A stretch of 64,000 nucleotides of DNA, taken from contig CAWHEU010000022.1 in the NCBI GenBank assembly GCA_963828465.1, positions 128,001-192,000 of the forward strand. Reading direction: 5' to 3'. Positions 38,346-46,560 of this stretch are shown here, in pieces. The translations under genes and the position numbers were made by a program. Within the stretch, counting starts at the first letter, position 1. Every line of letters begins with the position of its first letter. The notes beneath the pieces are model-generated. The model worked only from the letters and a program-made list of their open reading frames with translations. It was not told the origin of the DNA and did no database searches. Source of the DNA: an uncultured Acidobacteriota bacterium. Lineage in GTDB: Bacteria > Actinomycetota > Acidimicrobiia > Spongiisociales > ZC4RG35.

Positions 38346-39710
38346 ATGTCCCCCGTGGACACTCAAGTCTCGGCTCTCGATGACTTGATCGCAAGGGAGA
38401 GGCGGAGTTTCCTCGACCGGGCGCCCAAGGCGACCGAGATGGGAGATCGTGCCGGACGTTCGCTTGCCGGGGGTGTCACCTCCAGCTGGCAGATCTCGGA
38501 TCCGCAGCCGATATGGATCGATCGGGGTCTGGGGTCCAGGGTCTGGGACGTCGACGGCAATGAGTATGTCGACTTGCACGGCGGTTACGGCGCCATGCTC
38601 GCCGGCCACGCTCACCCGGCTGTGGTCGCAGCCGTTTCGGAGCGGGTCCGCAAAGGAACCCACTTCGCCCAGCCAACCGCGGACGCGATCGTCGTCGCCG
38701 AGGAACTCACCCGCCGATACGGGATGACGATGTGGCGGTTCGGGAACTCGGGTACCGAAGCGACCATGGACGCAGTGCATCTCATGCGCGCCATCACCGG
38801 CCGGGACCTGATCATAAAATTCGAGGGCGGATACCACGGTCATCACGATTCGGTAATGGTCTCGGTCTGGAACGAGGATGGGCTCGGCTCGGCCACACAG
38901 CCGAAGAGCGTCGCAGCGGGCGGCGGGATCCCTCAGGCGATCGTCGAGCTCACCCTCGTGGCGCCGTTCAACGATCTCGACGTCGTGAGCCAGCTGCTCG
39001 AGGCGCACGAGGGCAGGATCGCTGGGGTCATCGTCGAGCCGATCTTGCAGAACTGCGGGATCCTGCTCCCTCAGCCAGGATTCCTTCAGGGTCTTCGTGA
39101 CCTGACCCGGAAACACGATGCCCTCCTGACTTTCGACGAGGTCAAGACGGGTCTCACCGTGGGCAAGGGTGGTGCTACCCGGCGTTTCGGGGTCCAGCCC
39201 GACATGGTGTGCCTGGCCAAGGCACTCGGTGGTGGTCTGCCCATCTCGGCAATCGGTGGCACTGATGAAGTGATGAGCCACATCGTTGACGGCACCTACG
39301 AGCAGGTGGGGACCTTCAACGGCAACCCGCTCTCGATGGCCGCGGCCAAAGCCATGCTCACCGAGGTCATGGTGGAGGAGACCTACGAGCATCTCGATCA
39401 AATCCAGAGCCGGATGGAGAAGGGCGCCAACGAAGTGGTCGGCCGGCACCACCTGACCGCTCACGTGGCCACGGCCGGCGCCAAGGGAAGCGTCATTTAC
39501 TGCGCCGAGCCGATGCGCACCTATCGCGACTTCCTCGCAGTCGATGGTCGTTACGCCCAGGCCGCGTGGCTGTATCAGTACAACCGGGGTGTCTTCCTGC
39601 CCCCGTGGGGCAAGGGTGAGCAATGGCTCCTGTCGGTCCAGCACACGGTCGAGGACATCGACCGGTACCTAGAGACCCTCGACGCATTTGCGTCCGCCAT
39701 CAGCTCATGA
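38346..39710 (+). CDS. class III PLP aminotransferase (HemL-like paralogue)
   Basis: WDVDGNEYVD, NSGTEAT, FEGGYHG, FDEVKTG, AKALGGGLP and GTFNGNP. Confidence 0.9.
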   Translation: MSPVDTQVSALDDLIARERRSFLDRAPKATEMGDRAGRSLAGGVTSSWQISDPQPIWIDRGLGSRVWDVDGNEYVDLHGGYGAMLAGHAHPAVVAAVSERVRKGTHFAQPTADAIVVAEELTRRYGMTMWRFGNSGTEATMDAVHLMRAITGRDLIIKFEGGYHGHHDSVMVSVWNEDGLGSATQPKSVAAGGGIPQAIVELTLVAPFNDLDVVSQLLEAHEGRIAGVIVEPILQNCGILLPQPGFLQGLRDLTRKHDALLTFDEVKTGLTVGKGGATRRFGVQPDMVCLAKALGGGLPISAIGGTDEVMSHIVDGTYEQVGTFNGNPLSMAAAKAMLTEVMVEETYEHLDQIQSRMEKGANEVVGRHHLTAHVATAGAKGSVIYCAEPMRTYRDFLAVDGRYAQAAWLYQYNRGVFLPPWGKGEQWLLSVQHTVEDIDRYLETLDAFASAISS

Positions 39711-39734
39711 GTCGACCGTAGACTCGCCCGACTC

Positions 39735-40844
39735 ATGAGCGGCGCCGTCGAACTGGTCGATCTGGCCAAGTACTTCGGGGAGATCCCGGCGGTCGATCAC
39801 ATCAACCTCCGGATCGAGGACGGTGAGTTCTTTTCCCTGCTTGGGCCGTCGGGATGCGGCAAGACCACCACCTTGCGTCTGATAGCCGGGTTCGAGCGTC
39901 CGGACAGCGGCGCCATCCTCATCGACGGGACCGATCAGGCAGGCACTCCTCCACACAAGCGCCCGGTGAACACGGTGTTCCAGAGCTACGCCCTGTTCCC
40001 GCACATGGACGTGGCCTCCAATGTCGCATTCGGACTCCGTTACAGGGAGGTGCCCAAGTCGGAGCAACAGGAGCGGGTGGCCGACGCCTTGGAAAAGGTG
40101 CGTCTCACGGGTATGGAATCCCGCAAGCCCACCCAGTTGTCGGGTGGCCAGCAGCAACGCGTCGCCCTGGCCCGATCCCTTGTCCTCAACCCATCTGTCC
40201 TCTTGTTGGATGAGCCACTTGGCGCCCTCGATGCCAAGCTGCGCAAGGCACTCCAGGTCGAGCTGAAGCGCCTTCAGGAGGACCTCGAGATCACCTTCAT
40301 CTATGTCACTCACGACCAGGAAGAAGCCCTGACGATGTCGGACCGCATTGCCGTCATGACCGAGGGCACGATCGAGCAGATGGGGACGCCGTCGGAGATC
40401 TACGAGGCCCCTCGGTCCAGCTACATCGCCGACTTCCTCGGCGTGTCCAACCTGATGTATGCCGAGGCAGTAGGCCCGGGTCGAATCCGGCTGGGCGGTA
40501 GGGAGCTGGGCTGTGTCGACCGGGACGGGGCTTCCGGTGAAGTAACCGTGAGCATCCGCCCGGAGCGAGTGGGGATCCACGCCCCCGACTTCGGCGGGGA
40601 GAACATCCTGGTCGGGGAGATCGAGAGGGTCGTGTTCGCCGGGCCGCTCCTCAACGTTCTGGTCACAGTCGAGGAGGTGGGGACGGTCCAGGTGACCATT
40701 CCCAATCAGGGCGGGTCCTTTCCCTGGGACTGGCCCGACAAGGTTGCCCTCCAGTTCCCGCAGGACGCACTCAGGATCGTTTCGGAAACGGGCACCGCCA
40801 CCGAGGAGCTGGACCCCGAGTACGAGGAAGATCAGGCGGAGTGA
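39735..40844 (+). CDS. potA: polyamine-type ABC transporter ATP-binding protein
   Basis: GPSGCGKTT, PPHKRPVNTVFQSYALFPH, LSGGQQQR and TOBE domain. Confidence 0.9.
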   Translation: MSGAVELVDLAKYFGEIPAVDHINLRIEDGEFFSLLGPSGCGKTTTLRLIAGFERPDSGAILIDGTDQAGTPPHKRPVNTVFQSYALFPHMDVASNVAFGLRYREVPKSEQQERVADALEKVRLTGMESRKPTQLSGGQQQRVALARSLVLNPSVLLLDEPLGALDAKLRKALQVELKRLQEDLEITFIYVTHDQEEALTMSDRIAVMTEGTIEQMGTPSEIYEAPRSSYIADFLGVSNLMYAEAVGPGRIRLGGRELGCVDRDGASGEVTVSIRPERVGIHAPDFGGENILVGEIERVVFAGPLLNVLVTVEEVGTVQVTIPNQGGSFPWDWPDKVALQFPQDALRIVSETGTATEELDPEYEEDQAE

Positions 40845-41785
40845 CGGGCGGCCAGGAGCCGGCGCCCGATCTTCCGCAGCTCCTTGCGCAGCTCATCGGG
40901 TGATTCCACATCGAACTCCCAGGGCAGGCCGAGCAGGTAACGCGCCAGCCAGCTCATGTCGTCTGCGCCGATGACGAGACGGGTTGTGTCGGCGCCTATT
41001 GGTTCCAGCGCTCCCACGGTGGCCGGGATCATGTGGGCGACATGGTCCATAGGGGCGAACAGTCTGACTTCGGCGCGCTGGGTGTATGCCTCGATCGCGA
41101 CTCCCCTCTGGACGAGCTCGACCGGATCCGGTTCGGGCCTACGCGAGGAGCGCATCCCGGTCACCCAGGGCTCGGAGAGGCGGTCCAACCTGAACGTGCG
41201 CCAGTCGTCGCGATCGAGATCGAATGCGACCAGGTACCACCGACGCCCGGTGTGAACCAGGCGGAGCGGCTCGGTGTGCCGCTCTGTCTCTTGGCCCTGG
41301 TTGTCGACGTATCCGAAGCGCATCCTCTGCCTGGTTCGTGCCGCTGAGGCAGCCACAGCGAGCGACCCGTGGTCGACGGAGTACGCGGAAGTGGACACGA
41401 TGGACACCGTTGCTTCGGAGATGTCCTCCAATTGGGTGCGGAGTCTCGGGGGCAGGACATGCTCCAGCTTCGACAACGCAGATAGAGACGCGATTTCCAA
41501 GCCGCCTACTGCCGTCGCCGTCGCCACTCTGAGCCCCAATGCCACGGCCAGGGCCTCCTCGTCGTCCAGGAGCAAGGGGGGGAGTTTGCCCCCGGCTCCG
41601 AGCCGGTACCCGCCGCCGGGGCCGGCCACGGCCTCCACCGGGTACCCGAGGCTGCGGAGACGGGTGACATCACGTCGCACCGTTCGCGGAGTCACTGCGA
41701 GACGGCTGGCCAGCTCTTCAGCGGTCCAATCGATACGTCCCTCGAGCAGAGCAAGGAGTTTGAGGAGACGTTCGGCGCTGTCCAT
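40832..41785 (-). CDS. YafY-type HTH-WYL-WCX transcriptional regulator
   Basis: RTVRRDVTRLRSLGYPV, GGGYRL, LPPLLL, EP.RLV..GRRWYLVA and WRTFRLDR. Confidence 0.95.
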   Translation of the reverse strand: MDSAERLLKLLALLEGRIDWTAEELASRLAVTPRTVRRDVTRLRSLGYPVEAVAGPGGGYRLGAGGKLPPLLLDDEEALAVALGLRVATATAVGGLEIASLSALSKLEHVLPPRLRTQLEDISEATVSIVSTSAYSVDHGSLAVAASAARTRQRMRFGYVDNQGQETERHTEPLRLVHTGRRWYLVAFDLDRDDWRTFRLDRLSEPWVTGMRSSRRPEPDPVELVQRGVAIEAYTQRAEVRLFAPMDHVAHMIPATVGALEPIGADTTRLVIGADDMSWLARYLLGLPWEFDVESPDELRKELRKIGRRLLAARHSA

Positions 41786-41806
41786 GATCCACGATTCTCC
41801 GCTGTT

Positions 41807-41829
41807 ATGCGGACAGATCCTGTCCGCAT
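41807..41829. promoter_or_regulatory. perfect palindromic operator, likely the WYL regulator binding site
   Basis: ATGCGGACAG-ATC-CTGTCCGCAT between the WYL gene and the divergent small ORF. Confidence 0.75.
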
Positions 41830-41870
41830 CACGTCATAGGGTTGACCGTAGTCGCAGGAAGGAAGAACTC

Positions 41871-42065
41871 ATGCTCCCCAGCGCCGGTTTTCAGATGATT
41901 CGGCATCTCGACGAGGAGTTGCGTCAGGTGAGAATGCGCCGATTCTGGTGGAAATACGTCCCCCCCGACCCCGAGCCAGTGCCGGTCGAGCGCATCACGG
42001 AGGCAGAGATAATCGAGATCGTCTTCGGCCCACACTGCGAGGCTGAGGAGCCGATGGGTGCCTAG
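41871..42065 (+). CDS. small hypothetical protein (64 aa) divergent from the WYL regulator
   Basis: AGGAAGGAAG RBS; MLPSAGFQMIRHLDEELRQVRMRRFWWKY... Confidence 0.7.
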   Translation: MLPSAGFQMIRHLDEELRQVRMRRFWWKYVPPDPEPVPVERITEAEIIEIVFGPHCEAEEPMGA

Positions 42066-42105
42066 GAAGACCTGGTCACACTCGACCGAGACCGATCTCG
42101 GCCCG

Positions 42106-42648
42106 ATGATCAGCCTGCCCCTCACGCCAGAAAGATTTCCCGACATGGAGGTGGTCTTCGGCGAGCGCGGCGTTGCCCGAAGTTGCTTTTGCATGCACTG
42201 GCGCAGACCCGACGACGGTTTCGGAGACAAGCGGGACAACCGAGATCGTTTCGCCGAGGTGGCGGCCGAAGGACGCCCGCCCGGCTTGCTTGGCTACGTC
42301 GGGCATGACCCTGTCGGGTGGGTCCAGGTCGGCCCGCGTCACGAGTTCCCGACTCTCGACCGATCCCGGCTGCTCAAGCGGGTCGACGATTTGGAGCCCT
42401 GGTCGATCAACTGCTTCGTCGTACGGACGGGCTACCGAAAGCGGGGCGTCGGAGCAGGACTCCTGACCGCCGCCATCGCTTTCGCCAAACACGAGGGGGC
42501 CGAAGTCATCGAGGCCTACCCGGTCGATGGCCCTCGGAGCTCTGCTGTGGACTATTTCACCGGGACGTTGAGCATGTTCAACGAGCACGGTTTCGTCGAG
42601 CTGATCCGCCGCAACGACTCGAGACCGATCGTCAGATTGACGGTCTGA
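42106..42648 (+). CDS. GNAT family N-acetyltransferase
   Basis: CFCMHWR, PVGWVQVGPR, CFVVRTGYRKRGVG and IEAYP. Start 42106 or 42058. Confidence 0.9.
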   Translation: MISLPLTPERFPDMEVVFGERGVARSCFCMHWRRPDDGFGDKRDNRDRFAEVAAEGRPPGLLGYVGHDPVGWVQVGPRHEFPTLDRSRLLKRVDDLEPWSINCFVVRTGYRKRGVGAGLLTAAIAFAKHEGAEVIEAYPVDGPRSSAVDYFTGTLSMFNEHGFVELIRRNDSRPIVRLTV

Positions 42649-42651
42649 CCC

Positions 42652-43554
42652 TCACATCTCGAAACCAGCCACCGACTCCAAGGCTGAGGCCCTTTCGCCT
42701 CGTCGTTTGCCCAGGGCGCGAAATAGGAGCCCGGCAATCGTGATGGCGCCGATTGTTACCACCATCAGGATGGTGGCCAAGGCGTTGAGGGAAGGTGGCG
42801 GAGCGAGCCGGGCACCCGAGTAGAGCTGCACCGGGATGGTCACGGTCTCCGCGCCCCCCATCAGAAATTGGCTGATGACGAAATCGTCGATTGAGATGGC
42901 AAAGACGATGGCGAGGCTGGCGACAAGGGCTGGAGCGAGAAGAGGGAGGAGCACGCGGCGCATCGCCTCGAATTGGGAAGCCCCAAGGTCCATGGCGGCT
43001 TCCTCGTAGTCCCTGCCAATGGCAAACAGACGCCCCCGAACGATGATCACCACAAAGGAAATCGAGAACGTGACATGTCCCAGGAACTGAGTCCAGGTCC
43101 CGAAGGGAACGAAGTCGTAAACCTCGGCGAAGACCAGAAACAGGGCCACCCCCATCACGATCTCGGGGGTTACCAGGGGGATCAGCATCAACAGATTGGA
43201 CGCCTTGACCCCTCTTCCTCGCCACCTCGCCAGACCGAGCGCAAGGGCGACTCCTATGGGAGTCGCGACGAGCATGGTCAGGATGGCCAGTTTGAGGCTT
43301 TGGTTGAGCGCGAACCGGAGAGAGGGGTCGTACAGCACCGATTCTGCGGCGGCCGGATCACCAACGTACCAGCGAGTGGAAAACCCCTGCCAGGCACTCC
43401 TCGATCTGCCCGAATTGAACGAGAACAGAACCGCTATTCCCACCGGGATGATGGACCAGAGGACGTACAGCAGCGTCACTAGAGGCAGCATCCGCGATTT
43501 GCCCCAGGGGTTGGTAATCGCAGACCGGAGTCGTGAGGGGCTGGTCGTTGTCAC
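42652..43554 (-). CDS. potC: polyamine-type ABC permease (PotC-like)
   Basis: FSFNS, GFSTRWY, EEAAMDLGA and SIDDFVIS. Confidence 0.88.
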   Translation of the reverse strand: MTTTSPSRLRSAITNPWGKSRMLPLVTLLYVLWSIIPVGIAVLFSFNSGRSRSAWQGFSTRWYVGDPAAAESVLYDPSLRFALNQSLKLAILTMLVATPIGVALALGLARWRGRGVKASNLLMLIPLVTPEIVMGVALFLVFAEVYDFVPFGTWTQFLGHVTFSISFVVIIVRGRLFAIGRDYEEAAMDLGASQFEAMRRVLLPLLAPALVASLAIVFAISIDDFVISQFLMGGAETVTIPVQLYSGARLAPPPSLNALATILMVVTIGAITIAGLLFRALGKRRGERASALESVAGFEM

Positions 43555-44495
43555 TCTCGTGCCTCCTGCGACGCCTGAGAGATCGAGCGGAGGTAATACA
43601 CCATCAGACCGGCGATGAAGATCATCAGGATGATGGTCAGAGCGGCGCCAACCGCGCCCCCACTGGTGGTCTGATTGATGAATTGGTCGATTGTGTTTCC
43701 GTACATCCGGGTGCGAGGCGATCCCGACAAGAGGTTGGGTGTGTAGTAGTCCCCGAACATCGGGAGCATGATGATGACCAGTCCCCCGAGTACCCCGTTT
43801 CGAGACAGTGGCCAGGTCACTCGCCAGAAGGTCTGCGCATTGTTGGCCCCGAGGTCACGCGAGGCTTCAAGGGTGGCTTCATCGATCCGGTCCAAGGCGG
43901 CGAAGAGAGGGAGGATGAAGAACGGGATGTAGCCGTAGACCAGCCCGAGGATGACGACGACGTGATTGCCGGCGAGCCAGTCGGGCGGCACGAACTCGAT
44001 GGAGAACCAGCTTGCGATGGTGGTCAGCCACCTGTTGACCTGACCGTCCGGGCTGAGCAGATTCACCCAGGACATCATCCGCATCAGGTAGTTGATCCAG
44101 AAAGGCGCCAGGATCAACAGCAGCCACAGCCAACGCCATCGCCCTGCCCTTCTCGACACGAAGTATGCGACCGGGTATCCGACGAGGACACAGATGAGCG
44201 ATGCGATGAAGACATAGGCAAGAGTTCGAAGCGCGATCACGCCAAGCTGACCGCCGAACAGCTCGGCGAAGGCCTCGCCCATGACGGTCAGGTCCCAGTA
44301 GAACGGGTTCCACTCCGGTGTAGCCCTCTGAAGGATCGGGTCGAGCTGGCCCATCGCGATCGCAAACACTGCATAGAACGGGACCAGGAAGAGGAGAATC
44401 AGCCAGAGCACACCGGGAAGGGCAAAGCCAGGCCACACCCATCTTTTTTGCCCGACCGTCGCGTACTCAGCCCCAGAGGCGAGGTTGGTGGGCAT
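43551..44495 (-). CDS. potB: polyamine-type ABC permease (PotB-like)
   Basis: GYPVAYF, PFWINYLMR, YIPFFILPL and LEASRDLGA. Confidence 0.88.
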   Translation of the reverse strand: MPTNLASGAEYATVGQKRWVWPGFALPGVLWLILLFLVPFYAVFAIAMGQLDPILQRATPEWNPFYWDLTVMGEAFAELFGGQLGVIALRTLAYVFIASLICVLVGYPVAYFVSRRAGRWRWLWLLLILAPFWINYLMRMMSWVNLLSPDGQVNRWLTTIASWFSIEFVPPDWLAGNHVVVILGLVYGYIPFFILPLFAALDRIDEATLEASRDLGANNAQTFWRVTWPLSRNGVLGGLVIIMLPMFGDYYTPNLLSGSPRTRMYGNTIDQFINQTTSGGAVGAALTIILMIFIAGLMVYYLRSISQASQEARE

Positions 44496-44514
44496 GACCC
44501 TCTATGCCACCGAG

Positions 44515-45807
44515 TCAGCCACCCGAGTTGGCCCGATTCCATTGTTCGACCCACGACGCCTCGGTAGCCGCGTCGAGCGGGCCTTGGACCCAGGCCGAGT
44601 CCAACTCGAAGTCCTCAGGTGCTACCAGGGCCGGTGCCAGGTGCGGAAGGAGCCATTCCTCGCTGATCAGATACTCGGAAGTGAGGCCGTTCTGTGGCGG
44701 CTGGTAGCCGACGTACTCGAAATTCTTCAGTGCATTGGCCTCGTCGAGCATGTAATTGAGGAACGCATGGGCCAGCACAGGGCGCTCTGAGCCCTTGAGC
44801 ACTGTCATGGTGTCACTCGATATCGCCCCATTGGTGGTCGACCCCTCGCTTTTGGCGGGCCACAGGTATCGCGTGGTCCCCTCATCCTCCCCACCAGGCC
44901 AGAAGTACTGGGAGTTGACCAGGTCGCCTGACCATGCTTGATGGATCGCGTATCTCCCCTCGGGCAGGCCGGCATAACTGCCATCGATCCGATATCTGAT
45001 GTCGACGAGATCGATCAACTCGACCAGGGCGTCACCGGCGGCGACCAATTCGGCCTCGGTGGCTTGCGATGGGTCGGCCACGCCGTTGTGAAACAGGGCG
45101 ACTGGTATCACATCGGTGAAAGAATCGAGCATGCCGATCATCCCGGAGTATTTCTCGTTCCAGAAGACATCCCAGGGGTTGGCCTGACCCTCGATGTCGG
45201 CGCTGTCGGCGAGGTCGACTCGCCACCCGATGCCCGTCGTGTAGGTCACGTAAGGCACCGTGTAGCGGGATCCCTGGTCGTAGTAGGGATCGGCGAGCTG
45301 CGGCCATACGTTGGCCTGGAGGTTGGGCAGGTAGTCGTGATTGACAGGTTGGATGAGAGATGCGGCGACCGCCACCGGGACTCGCTGTGAGGTGGGGAAC
45401 CAGACGTCGAACTGAACCTCGCCGGACGAGAGACGGGCGAGGGCTTCCTCCTCGTTGACGAAGGTCGTCACCTGGATATCGACGCCGAGCGCCTCCGCAG
45501 CGAGCGGTATGGTCTCCGGGTTCAGGTAGTCCTCCCAGTTGTACAACAGGAGAGGCCCGGCCTCGGGCTCCAGCCCCGACTCGATGGCTGGGTTGTCGTC
45601 GAACAATGGCTGCTGCACCGGGCTGGCTGGGGTGCCCACGGCGAGCTCAGCCGACTCGCCACCTTCCCGGTCACCGCATGCGGCGAGCAGGCTGGGTAGG
45701 GCGGGGAGGGCGATCCCGAGTAGTGCCGCTCGCTGCAGGAAGTCCCTGCGGGTATAGACCCTCTTCCTGTTCTGAGGGATCCAGTTCTCCCGGGGGTGAT
45801 AGGCCAT
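44515..45807 (-). CDS. potD: polyamine-type ABC substrate-binding lipoprotein (PotD-like), Tat signal
   Basis: TRRDFL twin-Arg, LAAC lipobox, YNWEDY and QAWSGD. Confidence 0.87.
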   Translation of the reverse strand: MAYHPRENWIPQNRKRVYTRRDFLQRAALLGIALPALPSLLAACGDREGGESAELAVGTPASPVQQPLFDDNPAIESGLEPEAGPLLLYNWEDYLNPETIPLAAEALGVDIQVTTFVNEEEALARLSSGEVQFDVWFPTSQRVPVAVAASLIQPVNHDYLPNLQANVWPQLADPYYDQGSRYTVPYVTYTTGIGWRVDLADSADIEGQANPWDVFWNEKYSGMIGMLDSFTDVIPVALFHNGVADPSQATEAELVAAGDALVELIDLVDIRYRIDGSYAGLPEGRYAIHQAWSGDLVNSQYFWPGGEDEGTTRYLWPAKSEGSTTNGAISSDTMTVLKGSERPVLAHAFLNYMLDEANALKNFEYVGYQPPQNGLTSEYLISEEWLLPHLAPALVAPEDFELDSAWVQGPLDAATEASWVEQWNRANSGG

Positions 45808-45834
45808 GTTTCCTCCTCGGCGCTGCGCGAGACA

Positions 45835-45850
45835 CTAAACCGCCGTTCAG
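45835..45850. promoter_or_regulatory. operator CTGAAY-N4-RTTCAG, site 5
   Basis: CTAAAC-CGCC-GTTCAG upstream of the potD-like gene. Confidence 0.65.
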
Positions 45851-45862
45851 GTATCGCGTCGG

Positions 45863-46474
45863 TCAAACACGGGTATTGAGCGCCAACTCAACGAAGTCAA
45901 ACGCCAGCTTTCGCATACGGGTCGCGTCCACCGTGGGGTCCCGCAGCATTACTTCGATGGCGAGACCGTCGAGAAGCGCGGCGAGCTGGATGGAAAAGTC
46001 GGAGGCGTCCACATCGGTGAACTCGCCGGCCGCGATCCCTTCTTCGACGATCGAGGCGATCTGCACCCTCCATGATTCGTCGAGTCGCGCTCGGGCTGCG
46101 GCCAGCGTCGGATCGTGTCGTGACATCTCCCAGGCTGCCGGCCACAGCACCCACCCATCGAGGTCTCCGTTGCCACGAGTTGGCTTGGGGCAACTGGCTT
46201 CTATGAGGATGTCGAGCTTGGCGGCGGCGGAGGTCGCGTTGTCCAGCTCGCCTTTGACCGCCTCGTGGAACATCTGGTCCTGATAGACGAGCGCCTCTGT
46301 CAACAGGGCGGCCTTTGACGGGAAGTAATACAGGATGAGGGCGGGACTGGCCCCGATGTGATCGGCGATATCGGCGATTCGTGTCTCGCACAATCCCCTG
46401 TCGGCGATGGTGGCGCTGGTGGCGGCCAGGATCTCATTGCGTCGGGTGGCAGTCAGGCTGGGTCGAGGGCTCAC
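45863..46474 (-). CDS. TetR family regulator, BetI-like C-terminal domain
   Basis: TRIADIADHIGASPALILYYFPSK; IVEEGIAAGEF...LAALLDGL. Confidence 0.92.
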   Translation of the reverse strand: MSPRPSLTATRRNEILAATSATIADRGLCETRIADIADHIGASPALILYYFPSKAALLTEALVYQDQMFHEAVKGELDNATSAAAKLDILIEASCPKPTRGNGDLDGWVLWPAAWEMSRHDPTLAAARARLDESWRVQIASIVEEGIAAGEFTDVDASDFSIQLAALLDGLAIEVMLRDPTVDATRMRKLAFDFVELALNTRV

Positions 46475-46532
46475 CCGGCAATCTTGGCACAGCGTCGGCG
46501 ACCATTGCGGTGGCGCCGTCGCCGCCGGTACG

Positions 46533-46548
46533 CTGAACAGCCGTTCAG
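46533..46548. promoter_or_regulatory. operator CTGAAY-N4-RTTCAG, site 6 (autoregulatory position)
   Basis: Perfect CTGAAC-AGCC-GTTCAG overlapping TACGCT, between the TetR and CoA ligase genes. Confidence 0.72.
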
Positions 46549-46560
46549 GATCCCTTCACG

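Noticed and set aside
38346-39710. Calling the aminotransferase hemL
   Set aside because: No tetrapyrrole genes nearby; the context (potA, operator) suggests a catabolic paralogue.
40832-41785. WYL gene as a marker of an anti-phage defence island
   Set aside because: No defence, restriction or mobile-element genes nearby; the architecture is YafY-type.
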